Assembly (NCBI RefSeq): GCF_000006765.1
Contig: NC_002516.2
Origin: Pseudomonas aeruginosa PAO1
GTDB taxonomy: Bacteria > Pseudomonadota > Gammaproteobacteria > Pseudomonadales > Pseudomonadaceae
Direction: 5' to 3' (one strand)
Length of the DNA stretch: 64,000 nucleotides
The notes beneath the pieces were generated by a model. The model had not been told where the DNA came from, made no database searches, and was given only the letters and a program-made list of their open reading frames with translations. Shown one piece after another: positions 28,839 to 37,022 of this stretch. Both the position numbers and the translations under genes were made by a program. Every line of letters begins with the position of its first letter. The stretch's first letter is position 1.

Positions 28839-30182
28839 ATGTCTGCAATCACGCGTTATCTCGCCATGCTTCGCCTGTTCGGCATGCTGCTCTGCGCCGC
28901 CGCGATTCCCTCCGTTGCCACCGCGACGGTGCCGGTCACCGTCGCGGTGGCAGCGTCCGATGTCGAGGAGGAGGCCGTGGAGGCATCGGCGGTCGGCGCC
29001 GAGGCCGAGGCAGCGCGCGATGCGGGCTACGAGTCCGCGGAGGTTCCAGCGCTGGCGCGGCGGGTGACCGACCTTACCGCGACCCTCGACGCCGCCGAGC
29101 GTGCCCGCCTGGAAGCTTCGCTGGCCGCGCTGGAGGCCCGGAAGGGTGCCCAGGTAGCGATCCTGATGGTGCCCAGCACCTATCCGGACAGCATCGAGGC
29201 CTATGCGACGCGGGTCTTCGAGGCGTGGAAGCTGGGGCGCAAGGGGATCGATGACGGCGTCCTGGTGCTGGTGGCGAAGGACGACCGGCGCATGCGCATC
29301 GAAGTCGGCTATGGCCTGGAAGGAACGATCACCGACATCGATGCCGGGCGGATCATCCGCGAATACATGACCCCTGCGTTCCGTCAGCAAGACTACGCCG
29401 GCGGCCTGGAAGCGGCGGCGCAGCGCCTGGTACGACTGATCGACGGCGAGGCGTTGCCGCCGCCGCCGCGCGACCCGCTGGAGCCCGGCGCGGTACGGCA
29501 GACCCTGGCTATCGCATTCCTGCTCGGCGCTCTCGGCGGGGTGGCGCTGCTGGTACGTCCGCGCGCCTGGTACTGGACCCTGGGGGCGGTAGTGGCGCTC
29601 GCTGCGGCGCTGGCACTGGGGCGGCACTGGCCGGCAGGGGCGATGGTGGCGCTGGCGGAGATGGTGGCGGTCCTGGGCGTCGGCTTCGGCGCGTTGCTCA
29701 AGTATTCGCGCGGTGCCCGCTGGTTCTTCGCCATTCTTGTGCTCTATGCGCTGGGGCTGTTCTGGGCCTACCGCCGTTATGGCCTGCCGGTGCTCCATTA
29801 CGGATTGGCCGTGCCGCTTTCGCTGGGACTGAGCCTGCTGATGCTGGCCGGTGCCTGGCAGGGGCTGCGCAGAGGACGGCGCTGGGCCTACCTGCCGGGC
29901 CTGCTCGGCCTGCTGCTGACCCTGGCCCTGGAGTGCCTGCTGTTGCTGGTGGACGACCCGCTGAACAGCATCGAGGCGCTGATCATCCTGCCCGCCGCTT
30001 GCCTGCCGCTGCTCATCGGTTGCAATTTCAGCGCCGGCGGCTCGGGGGGAGGGCGTCGACGCGGCGGCGATTACGCTAGCTCATCGGGTTCCTCGTCGTC
30101 GAGTTCGTCCAGTTCGTCTTCGGACTCGTTCTCCGGCGGCGGAGGCTCGAGTGGCGGCGGTGGCGCCTCCGGTAGTTGGTGA
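28839..30182 (+). CDS. TPM-domain (YgcG-like) membrane protein 2
   Basis: ATG at 28839 after GGAG, with the same architecture and a tail ending GGASGSW. Confidence 0.85.
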   Translation: MSAITRYLAMLRLFGMLLCAAAIPSVATATVPVTVAVAASDVEEEAVEASAVGAEAEAARDAGYESAEVPALARRVTDLTATLDAAERARLEASLAALEARKGAQVAILMVPSTYPDSIEAYATRVFEAWKLGRKGIDDGVLVLVAKDDRRMRIEVGYGLEGTITDIDAGRIIREYMTPAFRQQDYAGGLEAAAQRLVRLIDGEALPPPPRDPLEPGAVRQTLAIAFLLGALGGVALLVRPRAWYWTLGAVVALAAALALGRHWPAGAMVALAEMVAVLGVGFGALLKYSRGARWFFAILVLYALGLFWAYRRYGLPVLHYGLAVPLSLGLSLLMLAGAWQGLRRGRRWAYLPGLLGLLLTLALECLLLLVDDPLNSIEALIILPAACLPLLIGCNFSAGGSGGGRRRGGDYASSSGSSSSSSSSSSSDSFSGGGGSSGGGGASGSW

Positions 30183-30194
30183 TTGGCGAAAACC

Positions 30195-30218
30195 CTTTTC
30201 AATCAATGAATTGAAAAG
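30195..30218. promoter_or_regulatory. 9 bp inverted repeat containing an IHF consensus site, upstream of flhA
   Basis: CTTTTCAAT-CAATGA-ATTGAAAAG. AATCAATGAATTG (30201-30213) matches WATCAANNNNTTR. Confidence 0.7.
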
Positions 30219-30219
30219 T

Positions 30220-30235
30220 TGGAACGGTTCCTGCA
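30220..30235 (+). promoter_or_regulatory. Sigma54 promoter of flhA
   Basis: TGGAAC-GGTTC-CTGCA has correct GG/GC spacing. Confidence 0.8.
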
Positions 30236-30320
30236 ATGACCCGCCCGACGCGCATTCCGGCGTCAAAAGTTTGTTCGGCGCCCACCCACGGGCGCCATAC
30301 GCAGGGCAGGGGAGTCGAGA

Positions 30321-32444
30321 GTGGATCGCACGCAACTGATCAGCAATGTGCGCAGCAACCTGGCGGGACTGGGGCGCGGCAGCCTCGGCGTGCCGGTCCT
30401 GCTGCTGGCCATGCTGGCGATGATGACCCTGCCGATCCCGCCATTCCTGCTGGACGTGCTGTTCACCTTCAACATCGCCCTGTCCATCGTCGTCCTGCTG
30501 GTCTGCGTGTACGCCCTGCGGCCGCTGGACTTCGCCGTGTTCCCGACCATCCTGCTGGTGGCGACCCTGTTGCGCCTGGCGCTGAACGTTGCCTCGACCC
30601 GCGTGGTGCTGCTCCACGGCCACGACGGCCATGGCGCCGCAGGCAAGGTGATCCAGGCCTTCGGCGAAGTGGTGATCGGCGGCAACTACGTGGTCGGGGT
30701 GGTGGTGTTCGCGATCCTCATGATCATCAACTTCGTGGTGGTGACCAAGGGCGCCGGGCGGATTTCCGAAGTCAGCGCGCGCTTCACCCTGGATGCCATG
30801 CCCGGCAAGCAGATGGCCATCGACGCCGACCTCAACGCCGGCCTGATCGAGCAGGAGGAAGCCAAGAAGCGCCGCAGCGAGGTGGCCCAGGAGGCCGACT
30901 TCTACGGTTCGATGGACGGTGCCAGCAAGTTCGTCCGCGGCGACGCCATCGCCGGCCTGCTGATTCTCTTCATCAACCTGATCGGCGGCGTCGCCATCGG
31001 CATGATCCAGCATTCGATGTCCTTCGGCGATGCCGGCAAGGTCTACGCCCTGCTGACCATCGGTGACGGCCTGGTGGCACAACTGCCGTCGCTGCTGCTG
31101 TCGACCGCGGCGGCGATCATGGTGACGCGGGTCTCCAGTTCCGAGGACATGGGCCAGCAGGTCAACCGGCAGATGTTCGCCTCGCCCAAGGCGCTGGCGA
31201 TTTCCGCGGCGATCCTGATCGCCATGGGCGCCGTGCCGGGCATGCCGCATGTTTCCTTCATCGGCCTCGGCGCCCTGGCCGGCGCTGCCGCCTACTGGAT
31301 CTGGCACCGGCAGAACAAGGCCAAGCAGGTCGCCGAGCAGGAGGTGCAGCGCCAGCAGGAGCTGCTGCCGGCGCAGCGCGCCCAGGAGGTCAAGGAACTG
31401 GGTTGGGACGACGTCACCCCGGTGGACATGGTCGGCCTGGAAGTCGGCTACCGGCTGATCCCGCTGGTCGACCGCAACCAGGGCGGGCAACTGCTGGCGC
31501 GGATCAAGGGCGTACGCAAGAAGCTGTCCCAGGAGCTGGGCTTCCTGATGCCCTCGGTGCACATCCGCGACAACCTCGACCTGCTGCCCAACGCCTACCG
31601 TCTGACCCTGATGGGGGTCAGCGTGGCCGAAGCGGAGATCTATCCCGATCGCGAGCTGGCGATCAACCCCGGCCAGGTATTCGGCAGCCTCAACGGCATC
31701 GCCGGCAAGGACCCGGCCTTCGGCCTGGAGGCGGTATGGATCGAGCCCGGCCAGCGCGACCAGGCGCAGTCGCTGGGCTACACCGTGGTGGATGCGAGCA
31801 CAGTGGTCGCCACTCACCTGAATCAGGTGCTGCACAAGCACGCCCACGAGCTGCTGGGCCATGAAGAAGTGCAACAGCTCCTGCAATTGCTCGCGCGCAG
31901 CTCGCCGAAGCTGGCGGAAGAGCTGGTGCCGGGGCTGATTTCCCTGTCCACCCTGCTCAAGGTCCTGCAGGCGCTGCTCCAGGAGCAGGTGCCGGTGCGC
32001 GACATCCGTACCATCGCCGAGGCCATCGCCAACGTCGCTCCACGGAGTCAAGATCCCGGCGCGATGGTCGCCGCGGTTCGCGTCGCGTTGTCCCGCGCAA
32101 TCGTGCAAAGCATTGTCGGGCTTGAGCCGGAGCTGCCTGTGATCACGCTCGAGCCGAGGTTGGAACAGATTTTGCTGAACAGCATGCAGAAGGCCGGACA
32201 AGGCTCCGAGGACGGCATGTTGCTGGAGCCGGGGATGGCCGAGAAGCTGCAACGCTCGCTGATCGAGAGCGCGCAACGCCAGGAGATGCTCGGTAAGCCG
32301 GCGATCCTGCTGGTTGCCGGACCGATCCGCTCGATGATGTCGCGCTTCGCGCGGATGGCGGTGCCCAGCATGCATGTGCTGGCCTACCAGGAAATCCCGG
32401 ACAACAAGCAAGTCACCATCGTCGCGACGGTGGGACAGAACTGA
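30321..32444 (+). CDS. flhA: Flagellar export protein FlhA
   Basis: RISEVSARFTLDAMPGKQMAIDADL and FYGSMDGASKFVRGDA. Confidence 0.98.
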   Translation: MDRTQLISNVRSNLAGLGRGSLGVPVLLLAMLAMMTLPIPPFLLDVLFTFNIALSIVVLLVCVYALRPLDFAVFPTILLVATLLRLALNVASTRVVLLHGHDGHGAAGKVIQAFGEVVIGGNYVVGVVVFAILMIINFVVVTKGAGRISEVSARFTLDAMPGKQMAIDADLNAGLIEQEEAKKRRSEVAQEADFYGSMDGASKFVRGDAIAGLLILFINLIGGVAIGMIQHSMSFGDAGKVYALLTIGDGLVAQLPSLLLSTAAAIMVTRVSSSEDMGQQVNRQMFASPKALAISAAILIAMGAVPGMPHVSFIGLGALAGAAAYWIWHRQNKAKQVAEQEVQRQQELLPAQRAQEVKELGWDDVTPVDMVGLEVGYRLIPLVDRNQGGQLLARIKGVRKKLSQELGFLMPSVHIRDNLDLLPNAYRLTLMGVSVAEAEIYPDRELAINPGQVFGSLNGIAGKDPAFGLEAVWIEPGQRDQAQSLGYTVVDASTVVATHLNQVLHKHAHELLGHEEVQQLLQLLARSSPKLAEELVPGLISLSTLLKVLQALLQEQVPVRDIRTIAEAIANVAPRSQDPGAMVAAVRVALSRAIVQSIVGLEPELPVITLEPRLEQILLNSMQKAGQGSEDGMLLEPGMAEKLQRSLIESAQRQEMLGKPAILLVAGPIRSMMSRFARMAVPSMHVLAYQEIPDNKQVTIVATVGQN

Positions 32445-32527
32445 ACGAGGGCTGCGCCGGCTCCAGGGCCGGCACACCGGGCAACCTGAGGTTGCCGGCA
32501 AGACTACTGAACTGAGGGGTTCGGGCA

Positions 32528-33817
32528 ATGCAAGTCAAACGCTTCTTCGCCGCCGATATGCGCCAGGCCATGAAACTGGTCCGCGACGAACTGGGTCCGG
32601 ACGCCGCGATTCTCGGCAACCGCCGGGTCGCCGGCGGCATCGAGCTGACCGCGGCGCTGGATTACCAGGCCCCGCCGGCGCCGAGCAAGCCCAACCCGGC
32701 GCTGGAAGTGGAGCTGCGCAAGACCCAGGCGCGGATCGCCGAGGCGCGCGCCGAGTTGACGGCGCGTCCGGCGGAAACCCAGCGCAAGGACCGTCAATTG
32801 TTCGCCGAGGAGAAGCCGGCGCGTCCGACCCTGGCCGAGTCCATGACGGCGGCGCATGCCAAGCCCCAGGTGGGCGGCCAGACCCTCGAGGCAATGCGTT
32901 TCGAACTGAACGGCCTGCGCGAGCTGATCGAGGTACAACTGGGTTCCATCGCCTGGGGCCAGTTGCAGCACCAGCGTCCGCAGCAGGCCAATCTCTGGCG
33001 GCGCCTGCAGCGCATGGGCTTGCCGGCGGAGCTGAGCAAGCCGTTGCTGGAGCGGGTCGCCGCGGTGGGCGATACGCGCCAGGCCTGGCGCATGCTGTTG
33101 GCGCACCTGTCGCGTGCCGTGCAGACCCCCGAGCAGGACCCGCTCGACGCGGGCGGCGTACTGGCCCTGGTCGGCCCGGCAGGCGCCGGCAAGACCACCA
33201 CCCTGGCGAAGATGGCCGCGCGCTACGTCCTCAAGTACGGCGCCCAGAGCCTGGCGCTGGTGAGCATGGACAGCTACCGGATCGGCGCCCAGGAGCAGAT
33301 CAAGACCCTCGGTCGGATCCTCAACGTACCGGTGACCCTGGTCGATCCCGGCCAGTCGCTGATCCAGGCCCTGGCGCCGCTGGCGCGCAAGCGCATGGTG
33401 CTGATCGATACCGCCGGCCTGCCGGCCAGCGACCCGGCATTGCGCATGCAGCTCGAGGCACTGGCGTCGCCGAGCCTGAACGTGAAGAATTACCTGGTGA
33501 TGGCCACCACCAGCCAGAGCCAGGTGCTCAAGTCGGCCTACCAGACCTATCGGCACTGCGGGCTGGCGGGTTGCATCCTGACTAAGCTGGACGAGGCGGG
33601 CAGCCTCGGTGAATCGATGGCGCTGGCTATCGCCCAGCGTCTCCCGGTAGCCTATCTGGCGGATGGGCCGCGGATTCCGGACGACCTGCAGGTGGCGCGC
33701 AGTCACCAACTGGTCAGCCGGGCGGTGAGCCTGCAGGCACCGGAAGAGCCCAGCGAGGACGCCATGGCCGAGATGTTCGCCGGGCTCTACCAGCAACCGG
33801 CGCGGCGTGCCGGCTGA
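32528..33817 (+). CDS. flhF: SRP-family GTPase FlhF
   Basis: GPAGAGKTTT, DSYRIGA, DTAG and TKLDE. Confidence 0.97.
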   Translation: MQVKRFFAADMRQAMKLVRDELGPDAAILGNRRVAGGIELTAALDYQAPPAPSKPNPALEVELRKTQARIAEARAELTARPAETQRKDRQLFAEEKPARPTLAESMTAAHAKPQVGGQTLEAMRFELNGLRELIEVQLGSIAWGQLQHQRPQQANLWRRLQRMGLPAELSKPLLERVAAVGDTRQAWRMLLAHLSRAVQTPEQDPLDAGGVLALVGPAGAGKTTTLAKMAARYVLKYGAQSLALVSMDSYRIGAQEQIKTLGRILNVPVTLVDPGQSLIQALAPLARKRMVLIDTAGLPASDPALRMQLEALASPSLNVKNYLVMATTSQSQVLKSAYQTYRHCGLAGCILTKLDEAGSLGESMALAIAQRLPVAYLADGPRIPDDLQVARSHQLVSRAVSLQAPEEPSEDAMAEMFAGLYQQPARRAG

Positions 33818-33955
33818 GGACGTGGGAAGAACCGCGCGTGGCGCGGGTGACGGAAGCGAAGGTGGCTTCCGCCGGGCCGGGAGCGATGGCGCATCGTTCC
33901 CGCCAATACCGGAGAGCGCTGGAAGGGGCGTTCCGGGAAGACGACAACACAAGGT

Positions 33956-34798
33956 ATGAAGCAGATGGGTAGCATGCATCCCGTACAGGTGATCGCAGTA
34001 ACTGGCGGCAAGGGCGGCGTCGGCAAGACCAATGTGTCGGTGAACCTGGCACTGGCTCTGGCCGATCTCGGCCGTCGCGTCATGCTGCTGGATGCCGACC
34101 TCGGCCTGGCCAACGTCGACGTCCTGCTGGGACTCACGCCCAAGCGCACCCTGGCCGACGTGATCGAGGGACGCTGCGAACTGCGCGATGTCCTCCTCCT
34201 CGGTCCCGGTGGCGTGCGCATCGTTCCCGCGGCCTCCGGCACGCAGAGCATGGTGCACCTCTCGCCGATGCAGCATGCGGGGCTGATCCAGGCGTTCAGC
34301 GATATCAGCGACAACCTCGATGTCCTGGTCGTCGACACTGCCGCCGGGATCGGCGATTCGGTGGTCAGTTTCGTCCGCGCCGCGCAGGAGGTGCTGCTGG
34401 TCGTCTGCGACGAGCCGACCTCGATCACCGATGCCTACGCCCTGATCAAACTGCTCAACCGCGACCACGGCATGACCCGCTTCCGGGTCCTGGCCAACAT
34501 GGCCCACAGCCCGCAGGAAGGACGCAACCTGTTCGCCAAACTGACCAAGGTCACTGACCGTTTCCTCGACGTCGCACTACAGTATGTAGGTGTCATCCCT
34601 TACGACGAGTCGGTACGCAAGGCCGTGCAGAAACAGCGAGCCGTATACGAGGCATTCCCCCGCTCGAAGGCGTCCCTGGCCTTCAAGGCGGTCGCGCAGA
34701 AGGTCGATAGCTGGCCGCTGCCGGCCAACCCGCGCGGGCACCTGGAGTTCTTCGTCGAACGACTGGTCCAACACCCCGCGACAGGTTCGGCCGTATGA
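33956..34798 (+). CDS. fleN: Flagellar number regulator FleN (FlhG/MinD-like)
   Basis: Deviant Walker A GKGGVGKT, DADLGLANVD and EPTSITDAY. Confidence 0.97.
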   Translation: MKQMGSMHPVQVIAVTGGKGGVGKTNVSVNLALALADLGRRVMLLDADLGLANVDVLLGLTPKRTLADVIEGRCELRDVLLLGPGGVRIVPAASGTQSMVHLSPMQHAGLIQAFSDISDNLDVLVVDTAAGIGDSVVSFVRAAQEVLLVVCDEPTSITDAYALIKLLNRDHGMTRFRVLANMAHSPQEGRNLFAKLTKVTDRFLDVALQYVGVIPYDESVRKAVQKQRAVYEAFPRSKASLAFKAVAQKVDSWPLPANPRGHLEFFVERLVQHPATGSAV

Positions 34799-35538
34799 CA
34801 GCGGCCTCTGGAGTGCGTATGTATAGCAAGGCGCAAGCGCAGAACTCCCAGGAGCAACTGATCCAGCGTTACGCACCACTGGTCAAGCGCATCGCCTATC
34901 ACCTGCTCGGCCGCCTGCCGGCCAGCGTGCAGGTGGAGGACCTGATGCAGGCCGGCATGATCGGCCTGCTCGAGGCCGCGAAGAAATACGACGCCGGCAA
35001 GGGCGCCAGCTTCGAGACCTATGCCGGCATCCGCATCCGCGGGGCCATGCTCGACGAGGTCCGCAAGGGCGACTGGGCGCCGCGTTCGGTGCACCGCAAC
35101 ACGCGCATGGTGACCGACGCGATCCGCGCGATCGAGGCGAGAACCGGGCGCGACGCTAAAGATCACGAAGTTGCTGCCGAACTCCAATTGAGCCTCGAAG
35201 ATTACTACGGCATCCTCAGCGACACGCAGGGCAGCCGCCTGTACAGCTTCGACGACCTGTTGCAGGACGGCGAACATGGATTGCCGGAAGACACCAGCCT
35301 CAGTCACAACGAACCGATCCACGGCCTGCTCGACGAACGTTTCCAGGCGGCCCTGGCGGATGCCATCGCCAAGTTGCCGGAGCGCGAGCGCCTGGTGCTG
35401 GCGTTGTATTACGACGAGGAACTCAACCTCAAGGAGATCGGCGAGGTACTGGGCGTCAGCGAATCGCGGGTCAGCCAGTTGCACAGCCAGTGCGCCGCGC
35501 GTTTGCGCGCGCGCCTGGCCGATTGGCGGTCGGCCTGA
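34795..35538 (+). CDS. fliA: Sigma28 FliA
   Basis: [20 protein letters not shown] and a region 4 HTH ([17 protein letters not shown]). Confidence 0.98.
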   Translation: MTAASGVRMYSKAQAQNSQEQLIQRYAPLVKRIAYHLLGRLPASVQVEDLMQAGMIGLLEAAKKYDAGKGASFETYAGIRIRGAMLDEVRKGDWAPRSVHRNTRMVTDAIRAIEARTGRDAKDHEVAAELQLSLEDYYGILSDTQGSRLYSFDDLLQDGEHGLPEDTSLSHNEPIHGLLDERFQAALADAIAKLPERERLVLALYYDEELNLKEIGEVLGVSESRVSQLHSQCAARLRARLADWRSA

Positions 35539-35639
35539 ACCGGCCTCGACCGCAGCTTGTAACCGTTAACGCAAAAGAATGTGTGGCGCGTCCCCTGGGG
35601 CGCGCTCTGGTCTGTACGGAGGTTTACTTGGACAAGAAC

Positions 35640-36014
35640 ATGAAAATTCTCATCGTGGACGACTTTTCCACGATGAGACGCATCATCAAGAACCTCTTGC
35701 GGGACTTGGGCTTCACCAATACCGCCGAGGCCGACGACGGCACCACGGCGCTGCCGATGCTGCACAGCGGCAATTTCGACTTTCTCGTCACCGACTGGAA
35801 CATGCCGGGCATGACCGGCATCGATCTGCTGCGCGCGGTTCGCGCCGACGAGCGCCTCAAGCACCTGCCGGTGCTGATGGTCACCGCCGAGGCCAAGCGC
35901 GACCAGATCATCGAAGCGGCCCAGGCCGGGGTCAACGGCTATGTGGTCAAACCCTTCACCGCTCAGGTCCTGAAGGAAAAGATCGAGAAGATTTTCGAGC
36001 GGGTCAACGGCTGA
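35640..36014 (+). CDS. cheY: Chemotaxis response regulator CheY
   Basis: [24 protein letters not shown] and VKPF. Confidence 0.98.
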   Translation: MKILIVDDFSTMRRIIKNLLRDLGFTNTAEADDGTTALPMLHSGNFDFLVTDWNMPGMTGIDLLRAVRADERLKHLPVLMVTAEAKRDQIIEAAQAGVNGYVVKPFTAQVLKEKIEKIFERVNG

Positions 36015-36033
36015 AGCCGGCCAAGAGGGTGTC

Positions 36034-36822
36034 ATGGTGCTTGGTAACGATTCCACGGGCGACGAATTCGAATCGACCCTGAAAAAACATGCGCGCGAAC
36101 TGGTGGACTGTCTCGAACGGGGGCACTTCCAGCAGGCGGTGCAATTGATCCAGGAGCTCAGCCAGGCCAGGGACCGTGGCCTCTACCAGGAAGTGGGCAA
36201 GCTGACCCGCGAACTGCACAACGCCATCGTCGATTTCCAGATCGACCCGCATTCCCCCCACGCGCAGGAAATGTCGCAGATCGCCGATGCCACCGATCGT
36301 CTTTCCTACGTAGTGGAAATGACCGAGAAGGCCGCCAACCGGACCATGGACCTGGTGGAGCAGAGCGCCCCGCTGGTCAACCAGTTGGGCGACGATTCGC
36401 GGGAGCTGCACCAGGAGTGGCAACGCTTCATGCGCCGGGAAATCGACGCTGACGGCTTCCGCGAGCTGGCCAAGCGCATCGAACAGTTCCTCGTGCGCAG
36501 CGGCGAGAACGCCGGCCAGTTGTCCTCGCAGCTCAATGACATCCTGCTGGCGCAGGATTACCAGGACCTGACCGGCCAGGTGATCAAGCGTGTCACCAAG
36601 CTGGTCACCGAGGTCGAGAGCAACCTCGTGAAGCTGGTCTGGATGGCCGGCCAGGTGGACCGTTACGCCGGGATCGAGCACGACCACGTGAGCATGCGCC
36701 ACCAGGCCGCGCTGGAGCGTTCGGCCAAGGGCGAGGGGCCGCAGGTCGCCGCGGAAAAACGAGAGGATGTGGTGTCCGGGCAGGATGACGTGGACGATCT
36801 GCTGTCCAGCCTGGGTTTCTGA
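36034..36822 (+). CDS. cheZ: CheY phosphatase CheZ
   Basis: QDYQDLTGQVIKRV and a C-terminal QDDVDDLLSSLGF. Confidence 0.97.
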   Translation: MVLGNDSTGDEFESTLKKHARELVDCLERGHFQQAVQLIQELSQARDRGLYQEVGKLTRELHNAIVDFQIDPHSPHAQEMSQIADATDRLSYVVEMTEKAANRTMDLVEQSAPLVNQLGDDSRELHQEWQRFMRREIDADGFRELAKRIEQFLVRSGENAGQLSSQLNDILLAQDYQDLTGQVIKRVTKLVTEVESNLVKLVWMAGQVDRYAGIEHDHVSMRHQAALERSAKGEGPQVAAEKREDVVSGQDDVDDLLSSLGF

Positions 36823-36832
36823 CCCGCCCGGC

Positions 36833-36859
36833 TCAAGACTGCGGCATCGCTGCCGTTAA
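36833..36859 (+). promoter_or_regulatory. Sigma28 (FliA) promoter upstream of cheA
   Basis: TCAAG-N14-GCCGTTAA versus consensus TAAAG/TCAAG-N14-GCCGATAA. Confidence 0.75.
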
Positions 36860-37022
36860 GTAAGCATTGAACGCTGGCATCCGCGGGCTGCTGGCACAGC
36901 CTTCGTCATGCCGGTGATCCCGGCGGGCGGGCTGAAGTCGGTCCGGAAAGCCGGGCCGGTATTTCCGGCAGGACAGCGGTCCTGCCGATCCTTTCGAGTA
37001 ACACGTCTCTGGGAGCAGCCGA

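Noticed and set aside
35546-35569. ACCGTTAA upstream of cheY as a sigma28 -10 element
   Set aside because: No acceptable -35 element at 14-15 nt spacing.
36892-36906. TGGCAC upstream of cheA as a possible sigma54 promoter
   Set aside because: The -12 position reads TCGT rather than TTGC. The sigma28 match at 36833-36859 is much better.
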